Below are positions 36,923 through 49,851 of a DNA stretch of 64,000 nt, one piece after another. Positions within the stretch are counted from its first letter, which is position 1, and the number at the start of each line of letters is the position of its first letter. The stretch lies in assembly GCF_006345805.1 (NCBI RefSeq), contig NC_043023.1, positions 9,176,001 through 9,240,000 on the forward strand, written 5' to 3'. A program made the translations under genes and the position numbers. The stretch comes from Octopus sinensis (taxonomy: Eukaryota). A model generated the notes under the pieces. It searched no databases and was not told where the DNA came from. It saw only the letters and a list, made by a program, of their open reading frames with translations.

Positions 36923-39900
36923 TCATAGGATTATGCTCAAGGTGGCTTCGTCATTCATATGTGCCATCCTTGCTACATTCACCCATCTTTTTTTAAAACA
37001 TTCGCTAGACAAAACTTGCCTCTCTACTCTCACTTTCCTTTTCAAGTTATACGTGAAGAAGTTGATGAGAGATTGACCAGAGAGGAAAATGTTTGTCTCC
37101 AATCCTTTCAGACGCGTCCACCAGATACATTCTTTCGCCATAGCCACAAGGATGATGAAAATAGCTCTTCCTTCCCGTTTGAAGGAAGGAGGCGTGACAA
37201 TATTGACGATAGACTCAGCTGATAAACCGACTCGTCCCACACGTGACAGCAGTTGTTCGACATAAGCCCACAGGTCGGAAATTGTTGGAGACTGCACGAG
37301 TGCGTGCAGAACGGTTTCGTCGCTCTGACCGCACATCGGGCAGGTCGGCCCCGTGTTTCTCGAGCCGTGTCTGTAGAGCTTATCCCGAACGGGTAGCGCT
37401 TCTCGGTAGCACTGTCAGGCCAGGGATCTCTGGAAGCTGTCCATGGGCCCTGGCCCGAAAGTCGTCCGGAATAGGCGGGTCAGGTATTCCTCGTCGATGT
37501 CCAGGTTCGCCCCGAGCTCGTCGTCGTACCTCCCCCCCACTAGTCCCCTATAGAATGCTTTGGTTGTGATGATGTCACTCAAGGTCGACCTAGGACGGCA
37601 GAGTTGCTTGAGAGCAACGTGACACTCGCGGTGCCATTCGCCCTTCCTCGGCCTCTTTTTGATCCACGACTGCAGTTCGGTCATGGAGACGTGCTGCGGG
37701 AAAGCGTGCCTCACAAACGGCGACCACACCTGTTCACCGTCGTCTACGAAGAGCCTGAGATGTCGCAGTCTCAGCGTGTGTCTGCGCATCATCAACCACG
37801 GCATGCCCAGTCCTCCTTTTAACGGGTGTTGACAGCAAATGGATCGCCTGACCATCGGGACGCATCCTTTCCACAAGAAGCGAAAGAGAATGCGTTGTAG
37901 TTTGGTGATGGTAGGGTCGGGACAAGGTACGACGGTCAGGCGGTAGTAGATGACGGACGCGATGTATGTGTTCGCCACCTCCGCCCAACCTTTTAGGGAC
38001 AGTTTCCTCTCGGCCCATTGCCGGGCGAGAGTGACCACCCTACTCGTTATCTCGTCCCAGTTCTTCTCCATTTGGAGGTCCGGACCAAACCAGACCCCGA
38101 GCAACTCAACCGGGCCGTCGGTCCAGCGTCCCACGACGGAGGCGCTGGTGGACGGCATGGGCTTGCTTCTCCAGGTGCCTAGTCGCAAGCCCACTGACTT
38201 TTCCCGGTTGATTTTCGCTCCTGTCACCGCTTCGTAGTTTTTCAGTGTCTCGCCGACCTGCTCGATGTGCTCGTGGCTAGACACTATGACGGTGGCGTCG
38301 TCCGCGTATGCAGACACGCTCGTCCTGCATCCCAGTTCTCGTGGGATGCCCCTCAAAGTTGCCAGCTTCCGCAATAATGGCTCGAGAGTCAATACGTATA
38401 GAAGCGACGAGAGGGGGCATCCCTGACGGACCGAACGTGCGATGTCGAAGGGTATCGATAGATGTCCATTCACACGAATTACCGAACGGATACCTCTGTA
38501 GAAAGCGGCTATCCAGCCGCGGAAGACGGGACCGAAGCCAGCCGCTCTGAGGACCGCCTCCAAGTATCGATGGTCCACCCTATCGAAAGCTTTCGATTGA
38601 TCCAAACTGATCGGCGCCCCACCCATGCCAGGTTCGTTAACTACCCTGTCTATGATGTAGCGCATCAGGTGGAGGTTGTCACGGATGGTCCGGCCCGGCA
38701 CGGCGCATGTTTGCACCTTGTCGACCAGTTTCTCGATGACAAGCGCCAACCTCTTGGCTAGCACCTTGGCCAAAATTTTCAGGTCTGCATTAAGCAGAGT
38801 GATAAGCCTAAAGTTATCTATTACATTTCATTTGTTTAGATCTTTCTTCAGCAGTGTTACGGCTCCTCGGCTCACAAAGCCAGGAATGCTCCCGTTTTGC
38901 TGTCAGTTGCAGTACACCGCCGCCAAGAGATCTCCAAACAAGTCTGGCATATAATTGTAAAGCTCGTAGGGTAGACCATCCAAACCCGGTGATTTCTCCC
39001 TCGAGCATTCTGCCATCGCGTCCTGCACTTCCGCCGCCATGATGGCACCTTCGCAGCACCCTGCCTTTCTTGTCGAGAGTCGTGGTAGGCTATGTAGGTA
39101 GGCACTGAAGTCCACCCTACGTTCTTGCCCTCCACTCGTCCCGAACAGTCGGGCAAAATGCTGCTGAAAGGCCTCACACATTTTACTTGGCTCGAGCAAT
39201 TCGCGCCCCTGTTCATCTACCAGGGACCGAATGGTGGCTTTGTTGCCCTGTTGCGCCTCTGCCACCCGGGCCTCTCTCGCGGCTCCAACACCTTCGTTCC
39301 TTAGAGCACGCATCCTAGCTCTGACAGCACATCCTTCGTGTTTGGCGTTGAAGTGTTGGTCGAGGGTCAACCTCGCCGCCAAAACGTCGGATGCGATGTC
39401 GCTTCTAATTGCCTCTTCTAGCTTCTTAACTAGCTCACCCTCTACTCTATTTCTATCTATGGCTAGTGCTTTGCTGTACCTAATCGCTTCTGCTTTTACT
39501 GCTCTCTTGAGGGCAAACCACCATTTGTTGTTGATGATGGCTCCCGTCAAAGCCCTCTTTACTAGTGTGCTAATCCGGTCTCCGAAAACCTGTCTCGATG
39601 GGAAAGACGCGTTTAGTTTCCAGTATCCGGGACCCTGCCTAAGTGTCTTACCTAAGTCTAGCGTACATGTCACAAGTTTGTGATCCGTGTAGCTGACTAT
39701 GTGAAATTGTGAACATCCTATGCTATCTCTGTCTACTGTCCTACACAGTATCCTATCTAGATACGATCTCGACGACCCGATGCGGTTGCTCCATGTCCAC
39801 GTTGGCGCGTTTGGGTGGTCTAGTCGGAACCTGTCAGACAGTTGAAAGCGTCTGAGCAGGTCTCTGAAGCATTTGCATCCCCGTCTATTCCTATCTCTAC

Positions 39901-40360
39901 CCACGTACTCTTCATGCGTGTCCAAGGTAGCATTCCAATCCCTCACTAAGAGTAAAGGACGAGACGTTCCCAAGAATACTTCTAGACGTTGAAAGAAATC
40001 CGCCCGACCTGTTAAGGGCGGTGCGTAGACTGATACGAGTCGAAAAGCGCACCCATTGCTGCCGTCGACATCCAGGACGACCAGTCTACCCTCCGGGTCT
40101 ACGAACATTGTCCTTACTTTGAGATCCAGACTCTTGCGAAAAAGTACCGCGGCGCCACTACCGCCCATTCTCGGCAGACAAGGGGGAAAATAAATGTTGA
40201 ACTGTCCGCCACACATGGTCTTTAGGGCCCGCGGATTGTGGAGTCTGGTCTCACTTATGGCTATGATTTCTAACTTATGTGACTTTATGTCATTTAAGAG
40301 GTACCCTTGTTTCCAAGGGGACCCCAAGCCACGCGCATTTACACAACCAATCTTGATCAT
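36923..40360 (-). pseudogene. ORF2 of copy 3 (APE-RT-zinc motif)
   Basis: 485-aa APE-to-RT segment 38903-40360 and 452-aa RT segment 37415-38773 (DQSKAFDRV, QGCPLS, AYADD); TGG->TGA stops at 38903 and 37415. Confidence 0.95.
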
Positions 40361-40383
40361 AATCCTAATGAATTAGAATACAA

Positions 40384-41262
40384 GTGAAAGGAACAGAGGG
40401 TTACATACTGCTCGAAAGTTTTTGCTTTCTCCTCCTTTGGTTTGTCCTCGAGGAGATCCCAGTACAGTTTCTTTGTGAGATATTTTTGGCATTTACCAAC
40501 CGCACTGGGGAAAATGTGTGGTGCAGACTTTTGGAGATGTGTAATATTTTGATGTGGTCTGGTGGTGTTGTGTATGGGTGATTGTTTGTTTTTATGTCAT
40601 CTTCTGTTATGTTTGTTTTTGATTGGATGTATTCCATCAAATTTGTGTTTTTGGTGTCTATAGCTGTGAGCATGTTTGCTGTATATATTTTTGTGGTGTT
40701 GGTGTGGCTGTTGTTTGTGTTGGGTTTTGAAATGTCTTCGGGAGATGTATTTCCCCCTGCTTTGTTCGTGTTTGCATTTGGTTTGGTTGTGTTTCTGCTC
40801 TTTATTTTCCTTCTTTTTGTAGCTATTTGCCATTCCTCACTGGTTTCGGCTTCCGACGAAATTTCTGAGGAATCAGTAGGGGCTTCTATGTATGTCTGTG
40901 TAAGTGGTTGTGCTGTTGTTTTCATTGTTGTTGGTTGTTGAGTGTTTGTGTGTGGTGAGTGCGGTATAAGGGATGGGGGATCAGTTTTTGTGTGTTTTCT
41001 TTGTTTTTCTGTTCTTTTGGTTCTTGCTGTTGTTGGTGGTGTTGGTATTTTTCAGGTGTTGAGTGGTTTTTGGTTGATGACGGATTAGCTTGGGTTGTGC
41101 TTCTCTTGTCGTCTTCTGTGTTGATGGTGGTGTGGGTAGTAGAGCTTTTTTTTCCGGAGTGCTTTGGTTGTGGTAGTGGTTGTTGTTGTTGCTCTTGGTG
41201 TGCAGTGGTTGGGCACGTCTTTTTCAAGTGTGTTTCGCTTCCACACAAATAGCAGCGTGGTC
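40384..41262 (-). pseudogene. ORF1 C-terminal half of copy 3
   Basis: CCHC knuckle, Q/T-rich linker, EEWQIATKRRK motif, LTAIDTKN...TNNHPYTTPPDHIKI domain. Confidence 0.8.
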
Positions 41263-41436
41263 AGATAGATAGATAGATAGACAGACAGACAGGCAGAGAG
41301 ATAGATAGATAGACAGACAGAGAGATAGATAGATAGGAAGATAGATAGATAGGCAGAGAGACAGATATATAGATAAACAGATAGATAGATTGGTAGATAG
41401 AATGATAGATAGAATGATATATAGATAGATAGATAT

Positions 41437-41475
<39 letters not shown>

Positions 41476-41476
41476 C

Positions 41477-41515
<39 letters not shown>

Positions 41516-41597
41516 CAGAGAGACAGATAGATAGATAGATAGTTAGATAGATAGATAGATAGAAGACAGACAACTAGATAGATAGATAGACAGACAG

Positions 41598-41656
<59 letters not shown>

Positions 41657-41690
41657 CAGACAGAGAGATAGATAGATAGATAGACGGACA
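41263..41690. repeat. (GATA/GACA)n array
   Basis: Directly visible. Confidence 0.95.
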
Positions 41691-42999
41691 GAGAGACAGT
41701 TTGACTGATAGATTGATAAACACTGAAGTATTGTCAGAGAGACAGACAGACCGACACACGGATTTATTCCATATTAAAACTGGCAATTGTCGCCCACATC
41801 CCCGGCATCAAGAAGCACCCTACAACAGAGGGTACCGGGTGTTTCAAAGAAGAAGGCCCATTTCGATCCTGGCAATCTTGTATGAAGGGGTCCTCTCCCA
41901 GTATACAAATATACACTGACCCCTTAAAATATTTATCGGATTCTCATTTATGTGTAACTCTGATCTTTCACTACTTTGATGACATCAATTAATTGAAGCT
42001 AGTCAATCCCAAAAGCAAGTAGCTATTAGTCTGCAAGTAGCTGGTCAGTCCCAGAAGCAACTAAAATTATTCTGGGAATTGCCAAAGAACACAAGAGAAA
42101 GAAAAACAACAAAAGCAACAGATATGAAAGCCAACACTCCCCAAGAAGTTTCTGTACAAGTCATAACTAATTGCTTAATTATGTATTGCGCATATATAGA
42201 TATGTGTATATCTATCTTTCTAGTTATCCATATGTATATTGATTGATTGATAGATAGATAGATAGTCACACATACACACTCACACACACACATATTTATA
42301 TATACATGTGTGTGTGTGTGTGTAACGATAAATTGACAGAAAGATAAAGAGATAGATAGAAAGATAGAAGCCATTCTCTCTTGTTCAAATTCTCTGAGGT
42401 CATTTTCTGCGAATAACCTATCAATGACCATTTGCCATTTAAGAAACAGATGCATGTGCGCTCACGCACATTTTTATAAATTGCGGCCCCAAAGCTTCAT
42501 TGCTCAGTTCGACATCGGAGAGTTCGGAATGGCTTTGTGAGAGAACATGTAAGTACATAACTTATATATAATCAAAAAAATTTTGTATTTCGTTTTAGTT
42601 GTGAAATTACATTTCTCATCTGCTCAACGGAGATTATTTTCAGTTTTAGAATTATTATATGCTTGCTAAAATTTGTTTTTTACTATAACGATTCTTTTTC
42701 TTATCTTACTTTGCCTCTGTATTTTCCGCCGTTTTGTACAATTCCAGTTCTCAAACACTTGTAATTACAACTCTGGAAAGAGGAAAAGTACTCCTCCAAA
42801 ATTCTCTGATTTTTTAATTATCGGTCATAAGACTCCTTAAGCATGCTGCAGAGGAAAGATCATTAATGAAGTTAAATCAGTCTACAATAGTTTTGTATTC
42901 CATGTTTTTGCTCCTTTTCGTAATTAAATTTCTTTTTCTATGATTATATTCACATAAATTTTAGTGGTGGTTGTTTGTGTTTGTATGGATCTCAGAGCA

Positions 43000-43640
43000 T
43001 TGTTTTGCCACGGTTCCTATAAAGCTGCGAGGACGGTAGATTTTCTACCTTTATTTTGCTACCTTCAGTAATCGTAGGATTTCCTGAATGCCCTGCATAG
43101 TGGATTTCGTATGTTTCCGTCAGTTTCGGGACCGGTTCTCTGCTCCCCACCACTTCTCGCAATAGGTTCGTGGCTGCCACAATTAGCTCCACGGAAATTG
43201 GGTATTCTAACATAATGCTCTTTTCTACTCTACCATTTTGTTGTGAAATTTCCCACGGTAAATCTCAGTCTCAACGAATACATGTGGGACATTGTTAGTC
43301 CAACTATGTCCGTTGCTACTTGGGAGTTTCCATTTCATTTAGCAGTAACTGGTAGGATACGCTTAGTTACGCTTTGTCGAGATCCAACCAAACAACAGAA
43401 AGTGAGTTGTTCGCCTTTTCCTCATTGCCGAACTCTGATGTGCTTTCGGGGTCATTCTGAGTAGACTAGGGCACATCCCTTCACTTCTGTGCATGATGAC
43501 CCTAGAAAAGATAACCCTCCACCAGAAGAGAGGGATATTTCTTCTTGGGACATCATTCACAGATGTTACTCTGCTCTCCTCGTCTTCCGCACAGTATATT
43601 AATCTCCCGCGTGAACTTGAAGTTTATAAAGGCCTTCCTT
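43000..43640 (-). pseudogene. HERO-type RT remnant (copy in X')
   Basis: Duplicate of 22870-23520. Confidence 0.55.
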
Positions 43641-43724
43641 TGTCTCCACCTCTGCCTTTCCATGTATGTCTCTCTCCCTCTCTTGGTCTCTTTCTATTTC
43701 TCTTTGTCCCTCTTTCTCGCTCTC

Positions 43725-44272
43725 TTTTCCAATATGATTCTGTCGTGCGCAGGTGGAGCAGAATGTTTCGTAACTCCGCGCTCAGTTGCTTTAAAACTAA
43801 TTCATCTCGAAAGAGTCCAGAAGCTGGCTACCCGCATGGTTCTTGGTCAGAAGTATTTGTCTTATGAAGAAAGGCTGAAGACGCTCGACCTTTATTCTCT
43901 AGAAAAACGACGACGCCGTGGTGATCTCATTCTTGCTCACAACATCATAAGCGGAAAGTGTAACCTCTCGAACGAGCTGTTCTTCAGTCCTGCTCCAGAG
44001 CGTCGGCTGCGGGGTCACTCCGAAAAGCTGTATCTGCGACGATTTCATCTCAATCGAAGGAGAGGGGTTTTCTCCGTCCGGGTTGCAGATCCGTGGAATA
44101 AGTTGCCGGACGAGATAGTGAAGATGCCGACGACTGCTCGGTTCACAGTCTCTCTTGACCAGAAATGGCCGGGACCCTTTGCATGAACACCATCCTGTAC
44201 ATAACTCCATGTCCCCCTACATGGCCTTAGTTTTTGCTTTTTGAGCCAAAAAATTAACTTAACTTAACTAAT
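43725..44272 (+). mobile_element. CR1-clade LINE 3' fragment (copy in X')
   Basis: [11 protein letters not shown]...RLRGHSEKL...RVADPWNKLP in ORF 43545-44186. Confidence 0.85.
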
Positions 44273-45386
44273 TTTATTCTTTCACCGTATGCACACTCGC
44301 AAATCATCTGTATATATAAAATCATTTGTCTCTCTCTTTGTTCCCAACGCATTCACAAACGGCTCAACAAAACCAAATCAAACTCTACATGATAATACTA
44401 TCAGAACTCGTGAGTGTCAACATGTAAATTTTTCGCATTAAAACAATGTAACAATTGGTACTGATTCCGTATTACGTCTCAAAACTCGAAGAATAAAAGT
44501 GAAAGAATAACATCTATATTGTAATGTGATATATCGTTTCACTTCCATATACTTGATTTTAACTCTAACCACGATGACGACGACATTACCTTTCGCATAT
44601 GATTGGTGTAATTGTCTGTGAATGTATGAGTCTAAGTGTATGAATGTTTATATGTCTCACAGTGTGTGTTTGTGCCATTCTGCGTGAGTTAGGTTATTAA
44701 ACATACTATACGTGTGTGAGGGCTGATCAGTGTCAATGCCAGTTCCATTACCAGTTAATAACAATCGCAGCATTTGTAAGGTTGCAAGCTATTTGCAATT
44801 ACTTATTTACCCTTACATTAAGACATTTATCCTATATCTATATACTTCTTTGTGTCTCTGTAATATTTGTTGTAGTATTTACCGTTAAATTAGCAGTTCT
44901 ATACATGTGCTTTTATTTCGTTAATTTGCTTATATTTCGTCAACTTACACTGCATTCAAAATATAGACATACTATATACATACATACAACGCAGTAAGCC
45001 AATATGCCTTATTTTTAAAGTAATTCATTATTACATATTCTCGTGTAATTGCATTGGCTCACTTTATGCTTCTTATTCTAAAGCCACACCAGCAATCCAA
45101 TCTCAACACTTCGTCTTCTGCAACGTTTCAATGGTTCACTTCCCCGTTGCTGTCTCCCACTGCAGCCCATTTCCGGGATGTACACATTTACATACAATAT
45201 CCCCATTATAACTCCATTCGTTTTACTGTCAACCATACGATCGGTCGTATTAGACGGAGCGCTGATCGTCTCAAAGGGGAGTATATCCACTGACACCTTT
45301 TCGGTGGGTTCATTAATTACATACACACCTACTCCCAATTTTCCATTGTAGGTAAAGGCCTGGAATCCTCCAAACGGACGTATAAC

Positions 45387-46142
45387 ATGTCGCTTAGTCG
45401 AGTTAGACCCCACAATAGTAATGATAGAGGTAGTATTGATAATAGCAACATTCGTAACAGCGTTAGTATTAACAATGGTAATATTAGTAATAGTATTAGT
45501 CAGATTAATAACAGTGGTAGTGTTGATGGTAACAATGACAGCATTTCTATTGTCAGGGATATTGCCGGTGGTAGTACAACTAATAATAATAACAATAATA
45601 GAAATAGTGTAGTGATCAATGCTAGCAGTAATGGTAACAGCAATCAGAACAATAAAAACTCCGTTTTGATCTCGGAGGAAAACCCTAATAGATTAAAGTT
45701 CTTATCCAGCAATTCCAAAATTAAAAACTCCATTTACCAGTGTAAGATTTCTTCCAGTACCGGTGTCTTCTTCTATATTGGCGCGACAACTTCTCGATTG
45801 TCCCAGAGAATTTTCAATCATTATTCAACTTTCCGAGATAAGAGAAAACAGCATACTACAGGACTAAGTAAATTAGTTTGGCGTCTTAAGGACAGCAATA
45901 TAACTTTCAAACTGGACTGGTCCATATTATCTGTATCCTTTCCTTTTGATAAGGGCAGGAAATTCTGTGGCATATGTTATTCCGAACTCTTCTTTATCCT
46001 TTTCTCCAAATTTCCCTTGGTAAACACAAATTTACACACGGGAACACGGGATTTCTGCCCTTGGCATGTAGCTTCAACCGTGTTTTCTGACGTGAATTTG
46101 CTACCCAGATATCGGTTAACCAAATTATCCATACTAGGATAA
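45387..46142 (+). CDS. Penelope-like GIY-YIG endonuclease ORF with N/S-rich N-terminus
   Basis: SIYQCKISSSTGVFFYIGATTSRLSQRIFNH...KFCGICYSE...LVN...CPWH (domain ~45723-46066); no RT motifs visible upstream. Confidence 0.75.
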   Translation: MSLSRVRPHNSNDRGSIDNSNIRNSVSINNGNISNSISQINNSGSVDGNNDSISIVRDIAGGSTTNNNNNNRNSVVINASSNGNSNQNNKNSVLISEENPNRLKFLSSNSKIKNSIYQCKISSSTGVFFYIGATTSRLSQRIFNHYSTFRDKRKQHTTGLSKLVWRLKDSNITFKLDWSILSVSFPFDKGRKFCGICYSELFFILFSKFPLVNTNLHTGTRDFCPWHVASTVFSDVNLLPRYRLTKLSILG

Positions 46143-46171
46143 TTTATTCACTTTCTTATATATATATACAT

Positions 46172-46265
46172 GCCTACCTACCTACCTACCAACCTACCTA
46201 CCAACCTACCTACATACTTACATACCTACCTTCCTACCTACTTACCTACCTATCTACATACATAT

Positions 46266-46356
<91 letters not shown>

Positions 46357-46480
46357 CCTACCTATCTTTCTACCTATCTATCTATCCGTCTGACTGACTG
46401 TCTGACTACTTGTTGTCCTGTCTGTCTGCCTGCAGTCTGTCTGCCTGCAGTCTGTCTGCCTGCAGTCTGTCTGCCTGCAG
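46172..46480. repeat. (CTAC)n-(TATC)n-(CTGT)n compound microsatellite
   Basis: Directly visible. Confidence 0.9.
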
Positions 46481-46789
46481 TCTGCCCGCCTTTTTGTGTG
46501 TCTGACCTACTATTTGCCTTTATCTATGCACGTATCTATCGGTTTGTCTGCCTGTCTGTATCATTGAAACCTTGTAGCCCCAGGGAACTTTATGCTATAT
46601 GAATCCCTTACAGCAATAGTTACAATCCATGCCAAATAACCAAGTTTACATCTGAAACCTGTCAACTGAATGTAATTGAATTTAACCAAATAAACACATA
46701 AAATGTTTTAATGAATCTCTCAATGCAAAATGTTTCCATCGAAATTAAATACAACCGGTTTTACCACCTCACCATTGCATACTCCGACA

Positions 46790-48960
46790 AAAAACCTTTC
46801 TTTCTTTTTTGATATCCGAAAAATCTTTAGCGATTGTTCTGTTCTCTACACCCAAAGGCAAAAGCACAGATCCCTCATCGTTTCATGAGTCCTCTTGATT
46901 CTCAGATACTCCATTTACAGTCCGAATTTTCTGAATTGTCTCTCTCCTGAACAACCAGTGGCCATCAGGCTCAAGATATATTTCGAAGTGTTACATCAAT
47001 ATTTGGAAATGTTTCAGCAGACCCCCTCACGTGGATAAAAAATGCCTGGCAGGATGGAGTGAGACATGGGCTGAGCTTACAAAGGTTGCAAATTTGGCAA
47101 TTACTTCTATTTCAGGGGATTTAAGCCTCACATCTTATTTATGTGTCAGATAAACTACATAAGGTCACTATAACATTGAACTTGTCACACACTGGTTGAT
47201 AGGCTACTCAGAGTTTTTATAAATCAACCGATAACTGATTTAAAATGATATTGAATATTCTGAATCCGAATTTTTCTCTTGTAGAAAGGACAAATTCCCC
47301 TGGGTCATAATGCTTGTCTCTCTTCCTTGGCCAACCTTTACGGTCTGTGTTTTCACACATGTCAATTGCATCCAGCGACAATTCTCCATATCTATTCCGA
47401 AGTGATTTCAGAAAGTTTCATAAAGCATCAGTTAGATCCACCACGTTATCAAGATCTACTTCAACTCCTTGAAAAGCTTTATATCTACTATTAAACCGTA
47501 GATGAATTATATTCCAGATTCTCACCAACAGAACGGTTTCAAGGCAATCCATGTTCTCTGCTACTGTCTATATTCCGTACCTTGCTTCAGGTGTTTGTTC
47601 CTTATCATCATCTCCAATATTCTTCAGCAGATTTTGAATGCAGTTATGTCTATTCCATTATATCTTTCCTTCTCTGTATTTAGGCAGATACGAAAAGGAG
47701 TATAGACATAGTAAGAATGCAAAATAGTTAAAAACAACTTCAAAGTAGCAAGATGCTGTAGTCTGTCCAACAAGATTCAGTGAATTAGCAACACGGTGAA
47801 TGAAAATTGTAGTTTGGTTCCTTGTCTTAAGTCTGAATCACAGTCCTATATGCTGACGGAACATATTACTAGTACTGTCATAGGACTGCTTCTCGCAGTC
47901 TTCAATGTTGATTCTTTTTCAAGAAATTCTAACAGAGGTAGAACTTCAACTTTGTGAGAAACAGTCTGAAAAAAGTTTAAAACTTTCTATCGGCTTCGCA
48001 GAAACAGCATAATGCACAGTAACTGTTAGCTTGTCAACATGAGCCTGGTCCAGTATAGAATAACAGAAACTGAGAAATACTTGGCAGCTTTAAATTCTGT
48101 TTGAATATGATTCTTAACAGATTCTGACTGACCAATTTCTTTGTAAAAGGTACGTAATATAATTGCTTATCACTTCTGAGATTGCCGACTACTTTCAAAT
48201 GATCTATCACAAATGGTTCTAACTGGGCAATAAGTTTTAAAATTATTCTCACCAACAAAAGAAAACGTTCTTGATATGCTTAGATACTATGATCTCATCC
48301 CTAATTCTACATTCAAGACCTCTCTCGACTAGAAATATTATGACAGCTACAACACGGCGCAATATTTCTTGCTTTCCTCTGTTTATTTTTCCAAGCCCCT
48401 GTTAACATGAAAACCCCTACACTAATGATTGTTTTCGACGCAGAATGTTTAGGGCCTTGACTTTTCTCAAGTGTTTTCGTTTTCTACTTTGCTTTTTCCC
48501 GATCGTTGGAAAACCTGTCTCATCGGCTTAACATCAATGTACAGTAAAAGTAATAAACGGCACCCTTTGATGGGTGGCACAAGAGCCACTTTATCAACTG
48601 CTCCTCAGCAATAACATCAATGGTATAAATGAATTGAATTATTAAAATAATGACAGTTGCACCCGGTTTTCCTTCACCTGACTAATAATGGAGTCGAGAT
48701 TCTGGGTAGGAATCAGGGGCCTGTTTGTTTTCACATATCACTGATTTTGACTGAAAGAACGTGGATACATATTTGTGCTGGCATAAAACCACATAGCTGG
48801 GCCTAGATCCCTTGGTGGTGCTTCATTATTCAAGTCAGGACGATTTGCTAATTCTTCATCTTCAGTATTTTCGGTTGACACGTGGCCCCTATTTTCTGAA
48901 GTTGTACTTAGTAGTGTAACTGGTTCCTAAAAAGGGATAGCTGATAGTCCCTATCTCGAA
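46790..48960 (-). pseudogene. heavily degraded hAT transposase (ZMYM1-like type)
   Basis: Minus-strand remnants: IKWLLCHPSKGAVYYFYC (TTF-like zinc finger), RVVAVIIFLVERGL, AAKYFS, QSYDSTSNM, NSLNLVG, ETFPNIDVTL...MATGCSGERQF (dimerisation domain); many stops and frameshifts. Confidence 0.75.
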
Positions 48961-49154
48961 GCATAACAAAATTTCTGTACTATGTGTCTTTGCCAATGCA
49001 GCGGAATTTATTTCACCAATCTCTTCGGAAATGTTTCTCTTCTAAGCTCCTCCGGACAGTTGAATGTTCCGGGGCATATTGGATATTTTTTGTGAGAATA
49101 TAACCTGAGTACAAAATACTTTCACTTTTCTTAATTGAAATAGTGTCTGCAATT

Positions 49155-49851
49155 AAATTATTCATGATTGCTCCCTCTCGTTGTATGCTGTTTGCTAGTA
49201 TCAAGTATATGTTGTCCTTAAATTCTCCTTTAATTATTCATGTTTGCTCCCTCTCGTTGTATGCTGTTTGCTAGTATCAAGTATACGTTGTCCTTAAATT
49301 CTCCTTTAATTATTCATGTTTGCTCCCTCTCGTTGTATGCTGTTTGCTAGTATCAAGTATACGTTGTCCTTAAATTTTCCTTAAATTATTCATGCTTGCT
49401 CCCTCTCGTTGTATGCTGTTTGCTAGTATCAAGTATACGTTGTCCTTAAATTCTCCTTTAATTATTCATGTTTGCTCCCTCTCGTTGTATGCTGTTTGCT
49501 AGTATCAAGTATACGTTGTCCTCAAATTTTCCTTGAATTATTCATGTTTGCTCCCTCTCGTTGTATGCTGTTTGCTAGTATCAAGTATATGTTGTCCTTA
49601 AATTCTCCTTTAATTATTCATGTTTGCTCCCTCTCGTTGTATGCTGTTTGCTAGTATCAAGTATACGTTGTCCTTAAATTCTCCTTTAATTATTCATGTT
49701 TGCTCCCTCTCGTTGTATGCTGTTTGCTAGTATCAAGTATACGTTGTCCTTAAATTTTCCTTAAATTATTCATGCTTGCTCCCTCTCGTTGTATGCTGTT
49801 TGCTAGTATCAAGTATACGTTGTCCTTAAATTCTCCTTTAATTATTCATGT
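49155..49851 (-). repeat. 76-bp satellite, inverted sub-array (~9 units)
   Basis: Reverse complement of the unit in 27329-31088. Confidence 0.95.

Larger units (their letters stand above)
36489..41262 (-). mobile_element. Tx1/L1-clade LINE copy 3, 5'-truncated just before the ORF1 knuckle
   Basis: Begins at [16 protein letters not shown], joined directly to (ATCT)n; complete ORF2; AATAAA 3' end. Confidence 0.95.
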
